DNA of 64,000 nt, from positions 33,914,001 through 33,978,000 of the forward strand of contig OZ024759.1 in the NCBI GenBank assembly GCA_964016885.1. The letters run 5' to 3'. Below are positions 60,670-64,000 of this stretch, in pieces. This stretch comes from Eledone cirrhosa. Its lineage: Eukaryota. The notes below the pieces were generated by a model that made no database searches, was not told where the DNA came from, and saw only the letters and a list, made by a program, of their open reading frames with translations. Each line of letters starts with the position of its first letter. The stretch's first letter is position 1. Made by a program: the position numbers and the translations under genes.

Positions 60670-60952
60670 GTTTATCACAGTTCTCTTCCTCAGGGTCGTC
60701 GAGTCACAGTCCTCAACCATTCCTCTCATTAGCAACAGATCTCAATTCGGAACAGTAGTGGCTCTACCAGGACTGACTCCAGCGATTCTTTACTGAGACA
60801 TTCTTATTACATGCCCAGAGTATCTGAATTGTGATCTCTCAATTCGGATAATGACCTAAAGAGTACGAGCAGTCGATGCGGGGTTCCTCCGAAATATCTT
60901 TGGTGTACCGTTACTCGATATTGTGCGGAGATTAGAGTGTCACTCCAGGTAA
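60670..60952. mobile_element. Scrambled RTE (Expander-like) RT C-terminal fragments on both strands
   Basis: Plus: RVRAVDAGFLRNIFGVPLLDIVR; minus: RIERSQFRYSGHVIRMSQ and LVEPLLFRIE. Confidence 0.7.
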
Positions 60953-61048
60953 GTTTGAATATATTAGAAAAAAAAGTGGGGACCGAGTGTGAAACTAGCT
61001 GTTGAAAAGGCAAGAACTCGCGCGTCGAGCTCCAAATCTGTTTAATAG

Positions 61049-61095
<47 letters not shown>

Positions 61096-61135
61096 GAAAA
61101 ATCAGTGATGCACAATAAATTAAGTCAAAATAAAT

Positions 61136-61310
61136 GTGGCACAAGGCCAGCAATTATCCCAGTGTATTACTGGTACTTTATTTTTATCGACCCCGTGAGA
61201 ATGAAAGGCAAAGTTAACATGCGCAGGATTTGAACTCAGAATGGCAAGGGCTGTAACTCTATGCGTCAAAGCATGGCGTCCGACCCTCTACCGTTACTGC
61301 CAATCCACCG
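61136..61310 (-). mobile_element. Meta-type SINE
   Basis: Near full-length match. Confidence 0.9.
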
Positions 61311-61879
61311 TAATAATATTGATCTTCACTCCCGTCTCTCTAGCATCTCATACAAACAACTAAGTAAATGTCAACATATACCCTCACGACAATACGACCA
61401 CTAACATACAAATAAAACCCTCCGCCTCTCACATATTCAAACACATCTCACATCCATATTCATATACACATTCAGACACTCACATACACACACGGGTTTA
61501 CAAATAATTGTAAACAGCTTCACCGAGAGAATTCCTCGGACGTTTGCAAATAAATATACACACATACATCCCTACTTATACACCCTTGTGCTGACGGATT
61601 TAGTGATGTTTACAAACATACATATATATATACATATATATATATGTATACACAGATGTTTACATATGCACTTTTATATATACTTGTATCCATATACACA
61701 GAGAAACACAGGGCAGCCATTTGTGTAAGCAGATACGCTTTTACACGGACTTACAAACACATTAGCTCTATATACACTCGTAATTACACACCTGCATACA
61801 CACATACACATCTATATATACATGCGTCCACGGAATCACATGGAGAACATTGATGTAAGCACATAAGCATTTACTGCAC

Positions 61880-62330
61880 AACTACATACACAGAGATATA
61901 CATACATACAGAGGCATATATATTCATATACAGTCATATACGTACATACACAAGCATATACATACATACACAGGCATATACATATATAAACAGGCATATA
62001 CACACATACACAGGCATATACATGTATACACATATGTACATACATACACAGGCATATACAGGTATACATAGACATATATATATACATACACCTGCATATA
62101 CGTATATACACAGGCATATACAAGTATACATGGACAAATACATACATACACAGGCATATACAGGTATACATAGACATATACATACATACACAGGCATATA
62201 GAGGTATACAGAGATATATACATACCCAAACATATACATTCATACACAGGCATATACATACAGAGACATATACATACACAAATATATACAGGTATACAGA
62301 GACATATATACACAGTTATATACAGGTACA
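61880..62330. repeat. Minisatellite catacatacacaggcatata
   Basis: Degenerate 20-bp and 10-bp units. Confidence 0.85.
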
Positions 62331-63849
62331 AAGAAAGAAATATCTGGTGTGCGAGGCCAAATTTAATGCATTGTCATTCTTACATGATTCCTAGGCTGAC
62401 CATGCAAGAGATGAGGGAATAAGAAGCCACGGTGTGTGTTATAAATGAAAGACATATTATGGATTCGAAGCCAAAGTCTAAGGCCATCTGGGAATCTATT
62501 AATTATATCACTTCATGCGACAAAGAGGGAAGGAAACGATGGGAAAACAAACAACAGAACGTAGCTCTTGGCAAAATAGAGAAGAAAAAAACGAAATAAA
62601 GGCAACACAAACAAACAGACATGACGAAGAGACAAATAAACTAAAAGATGTAATATAAATGGAAGTTCGGATAACTGATATAGCAAGAATGAGGAAAAAT
62701 AGAAATAAATATAAAACTCAACACAAAGTAAATTTAGACTGCTGCCGTGGTTTGCAGTGGGAATTAGAATGTTAGAATGTGTTTCGTTAGCAGAGTAGCT
62801 GTTAGAAGGGAGGTGACTATCAGAGAGATTTTCTTCAAGAGACTACAGTAATTGAAATCATGAAGAATTCTTGCTCAAATCAAAAATTGATTAGGGGAAG
62901 AAGAAAAATTCTGTTATAATATGAAGAATGGTGATAAAAGAAAAAATACGGGAAAGAGAATAGAAGAAGTGGATTTTGAAGAAATAGAAGACAGAAAAAA
63001 AGAGAAACATGAATTTGATGATAATTATAAATGAACAATGTGAAATATATGGAGGTGGTGTCCCGTGGAAATCTATGAGAAAACGACGAATAAATAATTG
63101 AGAAAAAACATAATAGAATGATATATTGGGAAGAAGAAAAAAACTATGAAAGGATGTTACTAAAACAAAAGAAAATTGTGAGCAAGTGGAATTGAAATTT
63201 AAGGTTCAACGGAGGGGAATTTGTGAAATAAAATACTGAAATCTATAAAGTCAGGATAAAAATTCAGTAAAAAAAAATTTAATGGCGTAAAAGTTAGAAG
63301 ATAACATGACAAAACAATGTTAGAGAGAGAGAGAGAAGTGAGAGGGTGGGATGTACCCGTTATAAATAGTAAATACAGGAATGAGAGAGAGATTGGAAGT
63401 TAATAGAAGGTCTTTTATCAGGTTTCAATAATATTAATTAACACAGAAAAATCTCCGCCCCTGTCACCAATACACCACACGCTGCTTCTCATACGGAATA
63501 GTTTTGTATTTAATTTAATAGCATTATCTTTCTTTCTTTTTCACAAATTGCATCTCATGATTTTAGAACCTTATTGTAACAAGACAAAACACACAACATA
63601 TGGCTAGATAAAAATAAAACATGTTTAGTGCAAATATATAGACGATCCAACGGGAAAATTCCATGACACACATTGGTATCAACATGGTAAACATAGATTT
63701 AGTTTTAGTCACCATTTTGTTGACTTTCCCGTCATCGTTCTGCTTCAGGGACGGGTTCTTGTCGACCTTCCATCAATTAAGGAGGCTTCGAAAAGGTAAT
63801 CGACAATGACCATCATGAATAACGGGGGGAATTAATCGAGTCAAGTTTC

Positions 63850-64000
63850 CAGTCTTTGAAGTAATGTTACTCGATAAAGTGTGTAGCTCGTAGATCAGAG
63901 AATTTTTCCTGGTAGAGCCGTTACTTCTCCGAATTGAGAGATCATAGCTCCACTACCATAGACATGGGCTTAGAATATCCCAGGAAAGAATTGCTGGAGT
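63850..64000 (+). mobile_element. RTE (Expander-like) RT C-terminal fragment, runs off window end
   Basis: VMLLDKVCSS*IREFFLVEPLLLRIERS*LHYHRHGLRISQERIAG matches the RTE motif DxVRSxxIRExLxVEPLLLRIERSQLRWxGH. Confidence 0.75.

Noticed and set aside
60740-64000. Terminal inverted repeats of a ~3.3-kb element
   Set aside because: Both ends are RTE RT-coding fragments, not TIRs

Overview
This is eukaryotic, very AT-rich, microsatellite-saturated non-coding DNA. The SINE and microsatellite make-up suggests a cephalopod (Octopus-like) genome, which is an inference. I can support no intact protein-coding gene: nearly all listed ORFs are translations of (TA)n, (CA)n, (GA)n or trinucleotide repeats. 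Recognisable content: about 15 copies of a tRNA-derived SINE with a Meta-type central domain, one CORE-type SINE, decayed RTE-clade LINE pieces (including an apparent 5'+3' bipartite non-autonomous copy), two non-autonomous Helitrons, and many minisatellites. The most striking signal is a dense set of short (100-400 bp) non-coding elements sitting in (TA)n tracts. They belong to several unrelated sequence families, most are fold-back hairpins, and many carry a type I hammerhead ribozyme (HHR) core. These include a U3-A8 compensatory core variant and two sequence-unrelated HHRs sharing a C.C mismatch at the same stem II position. They are best explained as Penelope-like element (PLE) terminal repeats or non-autonomous derivatives. 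All alignments and folds were done by eye.
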